This document shows, one piece after another, positions 27,132-41,288 of a stretch of DNA of 64,000 bases. Numbering within the stretch: position 1 is the first letter of the stretch; each line of letters begins with the position of its first letter. This DNA comes from Eledone cirrhosa (lineage: Eukaryota). The stretch is from NCBI GenBank assembly GCA_964016885.1, contig OZ024745.1, forward strand, positions 30,442,001 to 30,506,000, in the 5' to 3' direction. Below the pieces are notes generated by a model. That model did not search any database. It was not told the origin of the DNA and worked only from the letters and a program-made list of their open reading frames with translations. The translations under genes were made by a program, and so were the position numbers.

Positions 27132-27705
27132 CTAAAATTAAAACAACAAAATGGCTTAAATATCATTTGACACAACATATTACATTGACTTTAGCCCCTC
27201 ATTTTATTATGTATATTTATAGATCAGAGATTTGCCTTTCATCTTTACGGGGTTGATAAAATAAAGTTCCATTGATACACTGGGGTTAATTTAATCGGCA
27301 TTCTATTCCCCAAAATTTATTTGGTCTTGTGTCTAAATCTGAAACCATTATGTATGGACCCATAACTCCTGATAGAGTCATAGAGACACTAAAGTAAGTT
27401 ACAGAGTTTCTTGGGCATTTTGTTTAGATCTGGTGGAGCCCAACCCCTCTCCAGGTCTGAATAAATTTAATTTCTTCCAGAGAAAGGAAAGAGTGATAGA
27501 GAGGAAGTGAGAAAGAGATATTAAGAAAATCAACACTAGTATTAGACTAATACTGTTTTTATCAACTGCGAACGGGTGAATGGCAGAGTAGACCCTGGTA
27601 GGATTTGAACTTAGACCTTATAGAACCAGAAGAATTCCTGCAAACTATTCTATCCAACATTCTAGCAACTCTGCCAATTTGCTGCCTATGTTACGTTTAT
27701 TATTG

Positions 27706-27893
27706 TGGTGGATTGGCAGTATCGGTAGAGGATCGGACGCCATGCTTACCAGCATAGTTACGTCCCTTTACGATCTGAGTTCAAATCCAGCCGAGGTTGA
27801 CTTTGCCTTTCATCCTTACGGGGTCGATAAAATAAAGTACCAGTAATGCACTGGGTAATTGCTGGCCTTGTGCCTAAAGTAGAAACAATTATT
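27706..27893 (+). mobile_element. tRNA-derived SINE, absent from copy A
   Basis: Full-length copy inserted at TTATT. The empty site is visible at about 6148-6156. Confidence 0.88.
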
Positions 27894-29213
27894 AAAAATG
27901 AAAATCTTTAAATACATTTTTAAATCTGTGTTTCTAAATTTTTATTTTTTGCCAATATTCTATGATTTGTGTGAAAGTTTACCCCACTACAGTGAAGTGC
28001 TTCCTGGACATCATTTCCTGCCCACCTTACCCTACTATCATACCTTACAGTACCAACTTGGTGGGTGGTTTTTTTACACCCCCTTCCTCCCTGTGTACTC
28101 TCCACCACTATAGTATATGAAATTTTAATGGAAACATTATTTAGGGTACAAAAGACTTAGTGAAGGGTTGTGGCTACTACTGACTCAGGTATAGGGGATG
28201 ACTACATACATTTGTGTGACAAATGAACAACAAAATATAAAACATGTAAGAGCTTGACATACATGTAAATCCCCAGAGAATCAACAAACAGTTGGGTGGC
28301 CCTCCTACCCTTAAAACCCAAGAAAAGAAAATGACAGCCTTGCAGCTTTCTTCCAATCAAGCACGGGACCTAAGATGTGCCACATTGAATGTTGGAACAA
28401 TGAGGTAAGTGTAGAGGGATTGTGGAAATGTTAGAGAAGTGAAAAGTAGATTTGTGCTGTGTGCAAGAAGTGGAGGGGAAGTTCAACCAGATTCATTACA
28501 GGCAAGGAACACAGGTTCAAATTCTTCTGGATGGGTGGCAAAAGCAGGGTGGGTATAGTAGAAATACTCCTTGTTTAGAGATGGGTAGACTAGGTAATTG
28601 AGGTAGTTTGGGAGAGTGATAGAATAATTAAACTTAGACTAGCCCTGGACAATACTACAGCCACTATACTATCTACCAATGCCCTACAAGCTGGACATGC
28701 CAATGAACAAAATGATCATTTCTATGAGGCCCTCGTACAAACTACCTCAATGACAGAGGACTATGATTTTATGATTGTAGCTGGAAACTTCAATTGACAT
28801 GTTGAGAAATACCAGGATGTATTTCTTGTCATACACAGAGGCTATGGATATGGCACAAGAAAAGAGGAAGGAACTAAGCTTCTGGAGTTTTGCAATGTCT
28901 TCACTTAATGATCTGTAACACAAACTTCAAGAAACCAACCAATCACCTGATTACCTACCAATCAAGGGGACATAGAAGTCAAATAGACTTCATCCTCACC
29001 AGGAGAGGAGACAAACATTTGCTTGTAAATACCAAGTCTTTTCCTGGGGAGGAATGTACCCTTCAACATAGATTGTCTTGGAAGGAGGTGCAGTGCAGCT
29101 GCCAGGAATGTGTGTGTGTGTAGGGTGTGTGTGAAGTAGTAAAGTTGAGAATAACTATTAGGGAGTGCTAGTGGAAGGGGGTGGGGGGGGTCAGGTCACA
29201 TTGTAAGCTACAG

Positions 29214-29285
<72 letters not shown>

Positions 29286-29310
29286 AATATATAAATTATA
29301 TTAAACATAC

Positions 29311-29361
29311 CTTCTTTTTCTGTCATTACTCCTTTCTTTTTCACAGCAGCAATTAGTTTTT
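29311..29361 (-). CDS. Micro-exon m3 (51 nt): (K/E)KLIAAVKKKGVMTEKE
   Basis: TAG acceptor, G|GTATG donor, open frame. Positional paralog of m12. Confidence 0.78.
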
Positions 29362-30255
29362 CTAAAGTTAAAACAACAAAATGGCTTAAATATCATTTGA
29401 AACAACATATTACATTGATTTCCCCACTTATATTTTATTATGCACAAAGATCTTTAAATACATATTTAAATCTGTGTTTCTCAATTTCTATTTGCTGCCA
29501 ATATTCTATGATTTGTGTATAAGTTTACCCAATTTTGGTGTAGTGTTTCCTGGATATCATTTCCTGCCCACCCTACCCTACTATCATACCTTATAGTACC
29601 AGCTTGGTGGGTGGGTTTTTTACATCCCCTTCCTCCGTGTGCACCTTATGGGATTTCTACCCACTCCTTTCTGACATATCATGCATCGTTACTTTCCTGA
29701 TCGTATCTCTTTCCTGTCTTCTTTCCTATTTATTAAGACATTCTACTTTGCTATGTTTACTTCAGGCCTTTCAGCTCTAGGTTCTTTGTCCATGCTTGAA
29801 ATTTCACTTCTAACTCTCCTACAGACTCAGGTATGAAGATTAGGTCATCAGCATAAGGGAGATCCCATGGAGCACTAGTTTTAAAATCCTCAGTGATGGC
29901 TGAAGTAAAATGATAAATAGAAGTGGTCTGAGGACTAATCCCTTGTGGATGGTTCTACCAGAGTCATGATAAAATGCTACTGGTACATGCCGTTAACTAG
30001 TTGATATTAGGGAGGGCATCCAGCTTTAAAAACATTATTGGAATGGAACGTATGGTTAAAAGATAGTCATCTGTCAGAAGGTTTTAAACCCTGCAAGCAT
30101 AAAAAATAGACATAAAATGATAATAATGACGAGTATATATATATGTTTGTGCACACACTCACACATATACTTACATACATACATACACTAGACCACCCGT
30201 GACCCGTTGGGTCATGTTCACTTAAAAATATATATTTTTTTAAATCATGTTCATG

Positions 30256-30313
<58 letters not shown>

Positions 30314-30595
30314 TATATATACACACATGTATACAATTCTAATTTTATTTCTAAAATATACACAGACATGTATATAATGTAAAATGAAATTAGAAGGCCC
30401 ATATGTGTGTGTGTATGTGTCTGTATATGTATATATGTGGGTGTCTGTGACCTATATACAGGGATCACAGACACACACACACACACACACACACATACAC
30501 ACTCACTTAGAAACCCTTCTTATTTACCAGGATACAGTAATGCTGCAGTCTATTCTTTTAAGTCACCGGTTATAATATCATTCAACAACACCACC

Positions 30596-30680
<85 letters not shown>

Positions 30681-31804
30681 AAGGTACCCAGAAAAACCCG
30701 TATCTCAAGAACCCATGCTCCGATTTATGTGAAACTTGTTTTATTCCATTTGTATTCTCAGTTCAGGGGCAACTTCCTTTCAAAGTATTTTCCCCTTATG
30801 TGCTGTATTGAATTACAGACAAGCACACAATCACAGAGTTTTAGTAGATAGATATACTAGCTGATGTACTCAACTTCGCCTGATTAAACAGATAAGAGAA
30901 GACAGGTATAAGAGAAAATGACTCCGTTGGATGTTTGTCTGGTTTACAGTATGAGGCAAGACCATAGTGTGTGTGTGTGTTACAAAAAATAAACAGTGAA
31001 AAAATTTTCCAGATACACCAGATTCTTCGTTTTACCATTTGTGTATAGTATATGAAGATTTCTCATGTTTCCATTCATGAACAACCTACATATAACTGTC
31101 TATGGGTTAAAAGCGACTCTCTTTTATTCAATTACACAACTTTGAAAGTCTGAGCCTGAGCTTTATGTACAGTCATAGCAAAACTGGCTCTAACAGGGAA
31201 CTGAAGTCTTGAGAATTTGAATGGCAGCTCGATAGAGGATGGGATAAGAGGCATCTTGGGAATAAATGCATTTTCTCCTTGATGATTGCCTCTAAGAATA
31301 GTGACTTCTAGGAGAGTGCTGTAAAGTGTGTGTCATTGCATAGAAGTAGCAGGTCCATGTTTTTCAAAAGAATGATTGAAGTTCAAATATATTATATTAT
31401 ATATAGATATAGATAATTGTACTGTGTATCTGATTAAGTATTTATGTGAATATGTGTGTGTATGTAACTTACTAAGGCATAACGTACGCAATGAACACGC
31501 AAACATACACACACTCACAAACACACTCTTATACAAAATGTGACGCCGTCGTCATGTTATAAAATTTCCGTTTACTTAGTTGTCTGTAGTAGATTATTTT
31601 AGATAAAGTGTTATATTGTTTTCCTCCAAATGAAAATAAAAATCATATGTTGTTACTTCCGGAGTCTAATACTATTACCTTGTAAAATTTGGTTTGATTT
31701 GGTTGAGCCATTTGGGAATGCATAAGGAAAAGACAGAGAGACAAAAATTTTTATAGAGAGAGAGAGAGATATGTATACAAATATATAAATTATATTAAAC
31801 ATAC

Positions 31805-31855
31805 TATCTTGAGGTTTCAGCACTCCTTTCCTTTTCATATCACCAATTAGTTGTT
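31805..31855 (-). CDS. Micro-exon m2 (51 nt): (E)QLIGDMKRKGVLKPQD
   Basis: TTTAACTTTAG acceptor, GTATGTTTAATATAAT donor, open in the shared frame. Confidence 0.75.
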
Positions 31856-32445
31856 CTAAAGTTAAAACAACATAATGTCTTAAGTATCATTTCAAACAAT
31901 ATATTACATTGATTTTCCCCCTTCATATTATTACATATATTTATACATCAGTGGATTGGTAGTTTCGGTAGAGCATCAGAAAATAGCTTTGTGGCTTATA
32001 GTTACATAACTTTACATTTTGAGTTCAAATAATTCCGAGGATAACTTCGCCTTTCATCCTTACATGGTTGACAAAATAAAGTAACAGTGATGCACTGGGG
32101 TCAATTTAATCGTCTTTCCTCTCCTGGAAAATTTGTTTGGACTTGTGTCTAAATCAGAAACCATTATCTATGGACTCATAACTCCTCTTAGAGTCATTGA
32201 GACACTAAAGTGTTCCAATTGCAGACAGAATATTAGAACAAACTTTTTATTATTATTTGATAAAATCGACATACCAATCGAAGCCGGTAATATTGGACGA
32301 AATTCAAATCCATTTAATGTAAGAAATATAAAAATATTCATTCCATCGGATTAAAGAAAAGGAATTTTTAATATACCCCTCTGCCTTTTCACATTTACTT
32401 TTTACCTATAATTTTTCATTTGTATGGAACTTTACCTCCTTTTCC

Positions 32446-32509
<64 letters not shown>

Positions 32510-32756
32510 TCAATAATGTTTTTATTTATTTATTTTTTTTTAGAAAAATTCAACCTCTCCTCACTGTAAGGGGTTTGCACTGATGCCATGACAAAAAGTA
32601 CCTAGCTCACTCTGGTAGATGGTACTGCCAGAGTCATTATAAAATGCTACTGGTACACGTTGTTAACTAGTTGGTTGGTATTAGGAAGGGCATCCAGCTT
32701 TATATATATATATATATCAAGTAAGAATATTTTCGAAACAGCGAGTGGGTTTGAAT

Positions 32757-33212
32757 TTATTAGAAATGTAAGCTATCGCCGTATTTGAACTAAAGAAATT
32801 ATTTAGCCTGATAGTGTTGTTAAGAACCCTCGGAGAAATGGAAAAAGATGAATATTGACATACATGGGAGTCGAACCCACATCTTTGGTTATCCGGACCA
32901 CTGTTCTACCATTTACACCAACACATCACCCATCTTTTTCCATTCAAATTAGAAGCTATAAACTTAGCGACTGTAATGTCAAGTAAGAATATTTTCTTAC
33001 TTGACATTACAGTCGCTAAGTTTGAATGGAAAAAGATGGGTGATGTGTTGGTGTAAATGGTAGCACAGTGGTCTGGATAACCAAAGATGTGGGTTCGACT
33101 CCCATGTATGTCAATATTCATCTTTTTCCATTTCTCCGAGGGTTCTTAACAACACTATCAGGCTAAATAATTTCTTTAGTTCAAATACGGCGATAGCTTA
33201 CATTTCTAATAA
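32757..33212. repeat. Fold-back element of two inverted arms (about 220 bp), each with a tRNA-like head
   Basis: 32757-32988 is the reverse complement of 32994-33212 apart from one indel. Contains TGGTGTAAATGG (A box) and GGTTCGACTCC (B box). Confidence 0.88.
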
Positions 33213-33547
33213 TATATATATATATATATGTATATGTATATATTAGAGGTTACCATTACACTAATGGGTGGAGTTTTGGTGTAATGGTAACACATTGGTC
33301 TGGCAACCCAAAGGTGTGGGTTAGTATCCCATGTACATCAATACTCATCCTGTTTTCGATTCAGAGGGGTTTTTTGAAATCCCAACAAACAGACTAATAC
33401 TATTTAGTCAAATATGACATAAGCACATATTACTATCTAATTTTCAAATTCGTTAGCCATTTCTAAAAAAAGCCTGCTTTGTGTCCCCCTATATATATAT
33501 ATATATACATAAAGACATATATACATACATATATATATACATATATA

Positions 33548-33924
33548 AAAACAAATAACGAAACGAAATTAAATTTCGTTTCGTTTGTAACTCACTTTTG
33601 TATGACTGACGCTTAAACAATTAAGTTAAAAATGTACATCCATATATGTATACTGAAATACTAGTATGCATATGAATACACACACGTATACATATGTAGA
33701 TGTACCAAGTCTTTCTGGAGAATAGAGGAAAGGTGTTTCCTTAAAAACCAGTATGACTCTAAAAACCGGTTTGTCTGTGTGTTTACATACAGAATAGCTG
33801 GATACTCACAGTAAAGTAACCAGTGGTGAAAGACTTGGTACATCTACATATGTATACGTGCGTGTATTCATATGCATACTAGTATTTCAGTATACATATA
33901 TGGATGTACATTTTTAACTTAATT

Positions 33925-33929
<5 letters not shown>
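33548..33929. repeat. Fold-back element (family shared with 41338-41835)
   Basis: Arms at 33614-33715 and 33828-33929. Leading AACGAAACGAAATTAAATTTCGTTTCG hairpin; flanked by (TA)n. Confidence 0.88.
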
Positions 33930-33967
<38 letters not shown>

Positions 33968-33998
33968 CATACATACATACATATATATACATATATAC

Positions 33999-34069
<71 letters not shown>

Positions 34070-34099
34070 TATATACATACATACATATATATAAATATT

Positions 34100-34131
<32 letters not shown>

Positions 34132-34182
34132 CATATATATATATACATACATATATACACATACATATATACATATATATAT

Positions 34183-34259
<77 letters not shown>

Positions 34260-34275
34260 TATATATACATATATA

Positions 34276-34307
<32 letters not shown>

Positions 34308-34756
34308 CATACATATATATATATATAGTGGCTGCCAACTCGTTTTCGAGTACGGCCACTACTTTATATCTATGTAGGAGAACCCCTACCGATGCGCTGA
34401 ACAAGTGTGACTTTTTAGTCCAGCCAGCGACTTGAAAAGTCTGGTACAAACATTACACTTGTGACAATTATTGACACATAGTGTTGGGCCCATGATACCA
34501 TGTGACGACAAGGTTTCTTGGTGAGGAGGGTGACTTTGGACATCCTGCAGGACTAAAAACAAAACCTGTCAAAGGGCAAAGGAGCTCTTAAGAGTCAATG
34601 GCCAATCACCGGGAGAGATGACCCCTTAGCCTTTGTCAAGGCAGAATTCTAGGAGAAGGAAAACTCTGATATAACATCTGCAACCCTGATGGTATCCAAA
34701 ATATATATATACATACATACATACATATATATATATACATACATACATATATATGC

Positions 34757-34801
<45 letters not shown>

Positions 34802-34833
34802 CATATATATATATGCATATATATATATATATA

Positions 34834-34877
<44 letters not shown>

Positions 34878-35785
34878 CATACATACATACATATGCACAT
34901 ATATATATATACATACATACATATATATGCATATATATATATACATACATATATATGCATATATATATATATATATACATACATATATATGCATATATAT
35001 ATACATACATATATATATATATGCATATATATAAATATGTATATACACATACACATGCATGCATATATATATACATACATACATATGCATATATATATAT
35101 ACACATCCATACATACATATGCATATATATTTATATATATATATATATATATATACATACATACGCATATATATATATATTCATGCATACATATGCATAT
35201 ATATATATAAATATAAGTATGTATACGTACATACATATTTGTATACAGACGTACAGTAGTATGTATATACATACATACATATATATATGTACGTATGGGT
35301 TTACCGAACATTTATTATAATGCTCGGTTTGTTTGTAAACAAACAGCCCGAATTATTAGCCGTACAGTGTTTAGCAACCAGCTTTGCCCTTTTGTTCAAC
35401 ACTGACAAAGGAACGATGAACTAGTTTCTAGTTTATTAGCTGTTATCAGCACTGTATACCTTCCTGTCAGTTGATCGAACGTTTGAAAGTATATACTTTC
35501 CTTATGTATATTAATGACTGAGCAGCCTAATTTGCATATTGAGTGAGTTAGTCGGCCGGGCGTACCGAAAACGATATATACTGTGATGAATGGAGAGATG
35601 CCATGCTTAATAAGACCCGTCCCACCGTTGCAAGCAGTAAAAAGCAGACGTAAAATGATGATGATGATACTTATAAATATAAATATTTAAATACAAACAT
35701 ATATATACATATAGAGATACATATATATATACATATACATATACATATATATATATATGTGTATATATATATATATATGTATCTA

Positions 35786-35866
<81 letters not shown>

Positions 35867-35906
35867 ATATACATATACATATATATATATATATAGAGAT
35901 AGATAC

Positions 35907-35961
<55 letters not shown>

Positions 35962-36021
35962 CATTCATACATATATATATATACATACATATATATATAT
36001 ACACATATATATACATACATT

Positions 36022-36052
<31 letters not shown>

Positions 36053-36084
36053 ACACATATATATATATACACATATATATATAT

Positions 36085-36145
<61 letters not shown>

Positions 36146-36170
36146 CATAAGTATATGTATACACACAAAT
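33928..36170. repeat. (TA)n/(TACA)n compound microsatellite blocks with short TE remnants between them
   Basis: Read directly: blocks at 33928-34327, 34700-35290 and 35670-36170. Confidence 0.95.
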
Positions 36171-36192
36171 ATATAAAATATATTAAACATAC

Positions 36193-36243
36193 CAACTTCA
36201 AGCGTCAGCTCTCCTCTCTCTTTTGAATCAGCCACCATTTTTT
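36193..36243 (-). CDS. Micro-exon m1 (51 nt) of a repeat-protein gene: (E)[16 protein letters not shown]
   Basis: Minus strand reads ...TTTTAACATTAG|AAAAAATGGTG...GAAGTTG|GTATGTTTAATATA. Phase 1-1, no stop, conserved upstream cassette present. Confidence 0.75.
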
Positions 36244-36942
36244 CTAATGTTAAAAGAATTAACAAAATGGCTTAAATATCATTTGACATAACATATTACA
36301 TTGACTTTTCCACATTCATATTATTGTTTATATTTATAGATCAGTGGATCGGCAGTTTGGGTAGAGCGTCCAAAAATACTCTTTGGGGCATGTAGCTACA
36401 TCCTTTTATATTCTGAATTCAAATCCTGCCAAGGTTAATTTTGCCTTTGATCTTTACGGCTTAAATATCATTTGAGACACCATATTACATTGACTTTAAC
36501 CCCTCATTTTATTATGTATATTTATAGATCAGTGATTTGCCTTTCATCTTTACGGGGTTGATAAAATAAAGTCCCAGTGATGCACTGGGGTTAATTTAAT
36601 CGACATTTTACTCACCCAAATTTATTTGGTCTTGCGTCTAAATCAGAAACTATTATGTATGGACCTATAACTCCTGATAGAGTCATAGAGACACTAAAGT
36701 GACTTACAGAGTTTCTTGGGGATTTTGTTTAGATCTGGTGGAGCAATCCCCTCTCCAGGTCTGAATAAATTTAATTTCTTCCAGAGAAAGGAAAGAGTGA
36801 TAGAGAGGAAGTGAGAAAGAGATATTGAGAAAATCAACACTAGTATTAGACTAATACTTTTTTTATCTACCGCGAAAGGATGAATGGCAAAATTGACCTT
36901 GACAGGATTTTAATCAGATTATAGAGAACCAGAGCAAATCCT

Positions 36943-39900
36943 CCGATTTCGATGAAACTCGACGTAAGTGTGTATTTTGATCCGGGGATGAACGTGGGCT
37001 ACATTAAATTTTCGGAAAGGTAAAAATCGATATTTACGAAATTTGTCCGATTCCAATGAAATTTGATGTAGGTATGTATTTTGATGCGGGGATCAACATG
37101 GGGTACTTGAAAAATAAATAATCGGACCCCCAGAGGCAAAAATCAGGCAACCGAAAAACGCCATTCTTTTTGCTTCCATTTGTCGCGACTTCCGCCATGC
37201 AAAAAAACGTTCAATCTATCAGGATTATCCACCGTAAGTCTCTTTAAATTAACGCTCACCATATTCAGCAAACCTTTTATGCCGAATCTTCCATTTCTTA
37301 TATAAGGACGATCGAGACTATACCGCCGCGCATCATCCTGTATTGCGCCCAGTCTTCTCAAGCGATCATCGAGCCTCCATGCGCTCTCTTCATTCCCGTG
37401 GTCCCACTACCGTAGCATAATGAGGCATCCGTCAACCCCTGCCCTCTCCCTTCCCTGCACGCCGTCGACCCACTGCATCGTTGTGCATCACCATGCGCAT
37501 CTCTGCCTTGTCAGCCGCAATTCATTCCCCGGCCCTTTCGATGGCCTGCCCTCCGTAGTCCCTAAGGACTTCCACGGCTCAACATGCCGAATCCCAGCCA
37601 CCGTCAACCCCTACCCTCTCCCTTCCCTGCACGCCGTCGTCCAACTGCATCGTCATGCCTCACCATGCCACATTACTGCCCTGTTGGCCACCATCCCCTC
37701 CTCATCCCTTTCTTTTGCCTGCCCGCCGTGCCCCTTCAAGACTGCCATGCCTAACCAAGCCGCATCCCTGCCACCGTCAATCCCGGCCCTCTCCCTTCCC
37801 TGCACGCCATCGTCCCACTACATCGTCATGCATCACCATGCCGCATCCATGATCTGTCAGCCGCCATCCTCTCCTTCAAGACTGCCATGCCTAACCAAGC
37901 CGCATCCCTGCCACCGTCAACCTCTGCCCTCTCCCTTGCCCGCACGCCTTGGTCCCTCACGACTGCCATGGCTCACCATGCGGCATTCCTGCCCTGTCAG
38001 CAACTTGCTCAAATGTCATCAGAATGGTTTATTCCTGCGCCGCACATAACCGCCCATTATCTCAGACCAAAGACAGCACCAAACATGAAGACGATCCTGT
38101 GTAAGTCTTTTTACATTCATTTTGACTATATTTAACAAAATTAAACAAAAATTCATCCCTTTCTCCTCCAAAGCCTACCGATCATGTATGGCCGATAAAC
38201 ATCCTGCCTTGCACCCGGTTTTCTCAAACAATCATCGTGCCTCCATGCACCCTGCCCTTTCGTCATGCCTCATCATGTTGCATCCCTGCCCTGTCAGCCG
38301 CCATCCACTCCCCATCCCTTTCCACTGGCTATGCATGGCAGTCTTGAGGGACCAAGTCGCATCCCTGCCACCGTCAACTCCTGCCCTCTCCGTTCCCTGC
38401 ACGCCGTCGTCCCACTGCATCGTCATGCATCAATGCTGTCAGCCGCCATCCCCTCCTCGGCCATTTCTTTTGCCTGCCCGCAGTACTCCTTCAAGACTAC
38501 GATGGTTCACCATGCGGCATCCTTGCCACCGTCCACCCCTGCCCTCTTCCTTGCCTGCTGGCCGTCGTCCCACTGCATCGTCATGCCTCAGGATGCCGCA
38601 TCCATGCACTGTCAGCCACCATCCCTCCTCGGCCCTTTCTTTTGCCTGACCGCACGATGATGCTGCGTAAGTCTATTTAAATTAATGGTCAATATGTTCA
38701 GCAAAACAATTGTACCAATTCTTCCTCTACACCTCCAAGGCCCATCTATTACATCTTAGAGGTCGGGATTCGCAATTTCTACGATTTCAATATTGACACA
38801 ACAGTCCGTCAGGTTTTTCGGCACATGTTGCTCCGATAGGAATATCAACGTGATTTTCACTTAATTCGTAAGTGTTCAGTCTTCCGTATGCTTTTATTTT
38901 TTATTGATACAACAGCGACTACAATCATCTAACTTCACTTTGTAGGCTAGACGCGAATCACAAGGAAAACAATCCTCTGATATACAACCCCACCAAATTC
39001 TTTGGTCTACCTAGATTTCAATGGCTATATCCTTTGCTTTTGTATGGTTGTACATTTGACAATGTCGCAAAACATTATTCCACTTGATTCTTACCTTTCA
39101 GCTATGAATTGGGCAGTGCCTTAAAATCCCGGTTTATTTTCATGCAATTTTTTGGTATCTTATGAATGAAGAATCGAAAACCCTTTGTCTCATAACCTGA
39201 TACATGCGTTACACATGCTCCATGGATGTTTGTGGACTATTTTTACAAAATACAAATATCACAGATTGGAGCACAAAAAGAAACGTTTGTTCTTCATTTA
39301 TTTCGGTTAAAGCATCCTGCTGGAATTTAGCGCAGACCCGTTTAAATCCAGCGCCTTATAACCCCGAGTGTAACCGGGTACACCAGCTAGAAAGACAAAT
39401 GGAAACATTGTTTCCTCGGTCCGATTTGACGAAAGTCGATTTAGTTCCACAACAAATTAACAAACCATACTTGAAGACACGTTGAGGCTGTTGCAAAGGG
39501 CAATAACCCTAGGCACAATTTTGATCAACTTTTTTTCACCTATAGCAAATTTACCGGGATAGGTTTTTAGCTACTCAAATCTACTTCAGAGGTCACACAT
39601 TCATGTAAAAAATCAATAAAACTGAGGCGGGGGTTCGAATTTGCGCAAAAAACAAGGCAAAGATGCACATGGGAAAACTTTTTACAGGAACGTCCGATTT
39701 TCTTGAAAGCTGTCGCAAAAGACTCGCCATTATGCCGCGGTTCAGATAAAGTCCATTTTATTTCTTCTTCTGCACATGTGAGCGCGAAAATTGTAAAAAA
39801 AAAAAATGTGAAAAATCGACTTTTTCACCCTGCTTTAAAAATCAACTGAAAATTCAATTTCAAGTGAATTTGATTTCCGTCAGTCGTGCAAAGAACAATT

Positions 39901-40100
39901 TCAACGATACACTGTGTACCTATAATTGATCCATTATTTATGCTCAACTACACACCTGCGTATACTAACCTCTGTTTTTTTTTCCTTGAGGCTCGAAGGT
40001 TTTTGCACCTGTGATGCGCGGGAAGTAACTTTCACACATTTTAACAACAGAGCAAAGGTCGACTTACACCCGGGCAAGCAACGCCGGGTACTTCTGCTAG
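36943..40100 (+). mobile_element. Non-autonomous Helitron-like element (5' end lost) containing GC-rich internal repeats
   Basis: 3' hairpin ACCCGG-GCAAGCAACG-CCGGGT followed by CTAG|T at 40097-40101. CCGATTTCGATGAAACT-type motifs are shared with the other Helitron-like copies. Confidence 0.6.
37420..38660. repeat. GC-rich degenerate tandem repeats (about 150-180-bp units)
   Basis: GCATCCCTGCCACCGTCAACCCCTGCCCTCTCCCTTCCCTGCACGCCGTCGTCCCACTGCATCGTCATGC recurs about 6 times. Confidence 0.85.
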
Positions 40101-40131
<31 letters not shown>

Positions 40132-40315
40132 TTTAATGGAAGAACGTTGGTTGATTAAACATCTGCCGATTTATTCTTTAATAGACGTGAAGCACTCCGC
40201 GGTTTGAAAGGTAGTTATATAATAACTGCTTTACACGTCCTTACGTGTATGATCGGCGAGGTGAATAACACGTCCGACTGGTTACATATCAATGGAATAT
40301 TACATCTCCTTTGTC

Positions 40316-40389
40316 TGTTTGTCTGAAGAGAATGAGTAAGGCTGTTATTATATAACTAAGTTACATCTTCGAAATATGTATAACAAATA
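40316..40389 (+). ncRNA. Type I hammerhead ribozyme motif in a short Penelope-like terminal remnant
   Basis: TGTTTGT-CTGAAGA-GAA...TTC-GAAA-TATGTA-TA^ACAAATA. Stem I is 7 bp, the core is intact and stem III is palindromic. Predicted cut after 40382. Confidence 0.75.
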
Positions 40390-40430
40390 AAATAGGGATG
40401 TACGAATAAAACCGTCTCTCTTAGTTATTA

Positions 40431-41288
40431 CTAGTAGAGGTACCCGGCGTTGATCGGGTATTAAATAACAGCCATGTATAGCATTCATATCAATACTTCA
40501 GTGCTGCTTCGAAAACTATACTTGTACAAAATCATCAGCTTTTTCCAAAAGGCGGTTCCTGCCCCCAGGTGTCTTACTCAATATGGGCCAATTCTGAGTG
40601 TTCAAATTCATCTGTAGAACATACGTAGCCCATGTGCCAAGTTTGGTGAAAATCGGTTGCGAACTCCAGATGTTATGGTGTTTTGTTGCATTGCACAGCA
40701 GTGCTTCAGTCGACTCCAAGAAAGTGGTTAAAGGAGGTTAACTTCTCCCCCGCCACCACCACCACCACCCGAGAGGGGGGGGGGGGCTATATTCAATATC
40801 TGGAAAAATGAAAGTGCCCATGACCATCCGGAGTACATAAGTAACCTGTGTCTTAAATACAACGCTGTTCGTAGTTTTCTAACGCTCTTGTGGTAGCTTT
40901 ACGTTCAGCATCTTGCGATCGTCTAATTGCAGCCTCCATTGACGATTCATTTGCTTTTCTTCTTTTCCCTCTCTCAGCTTTCGCCGTTTTTTTTACCAAT
41001 GGCGGATCTCTTCCTTGGAGGCATTATCTAAGGAAAGAGGATGTAACACACTAAGATGACTAAAATGTTAACCAACAATTATTTAAGTTTCGCATATGTG
41101 ATGTGATTGTCACGGTGATCCAGAGACAGCCTTCGTCTACCTAGGTGCTGCATTAGACAAAAACTAGAAACTTTTATGAGTCCACAACAATTCTAGGAAC
41201 ACAAACACCTGTTTGTTCCAAATTTGAAGAAAATCGGTTGCAAACTGTAGAAGTTATGTGGGTACGGACATACACACACACATCCTCA

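Larger units (their letters stand above)
17556..29643. repeat. Segmental duplication, copy B (contains m6-m3)
   Basis: Collinear with 204-8410. Carries extra insertions at about 19161-20432 and 27706-27893 and different content at about 21800-26670. Confidence 0.92.

Noticed and set aside
33041-33113. Functional tRNA gene
   Set aside because: The acceptor stem is mostly G-T pairs, the anticodon arm is imperfect, and it is embedded in a palindromic repeat. It is better read as a SINE-type head.
37420-38660. Pro/His/Cys-rich ORFs of 209 aa and 175 aa as host genes
   Set aside because: They arise from GC-rich degenerate repeats open in several frames inside a Helitron-like element.
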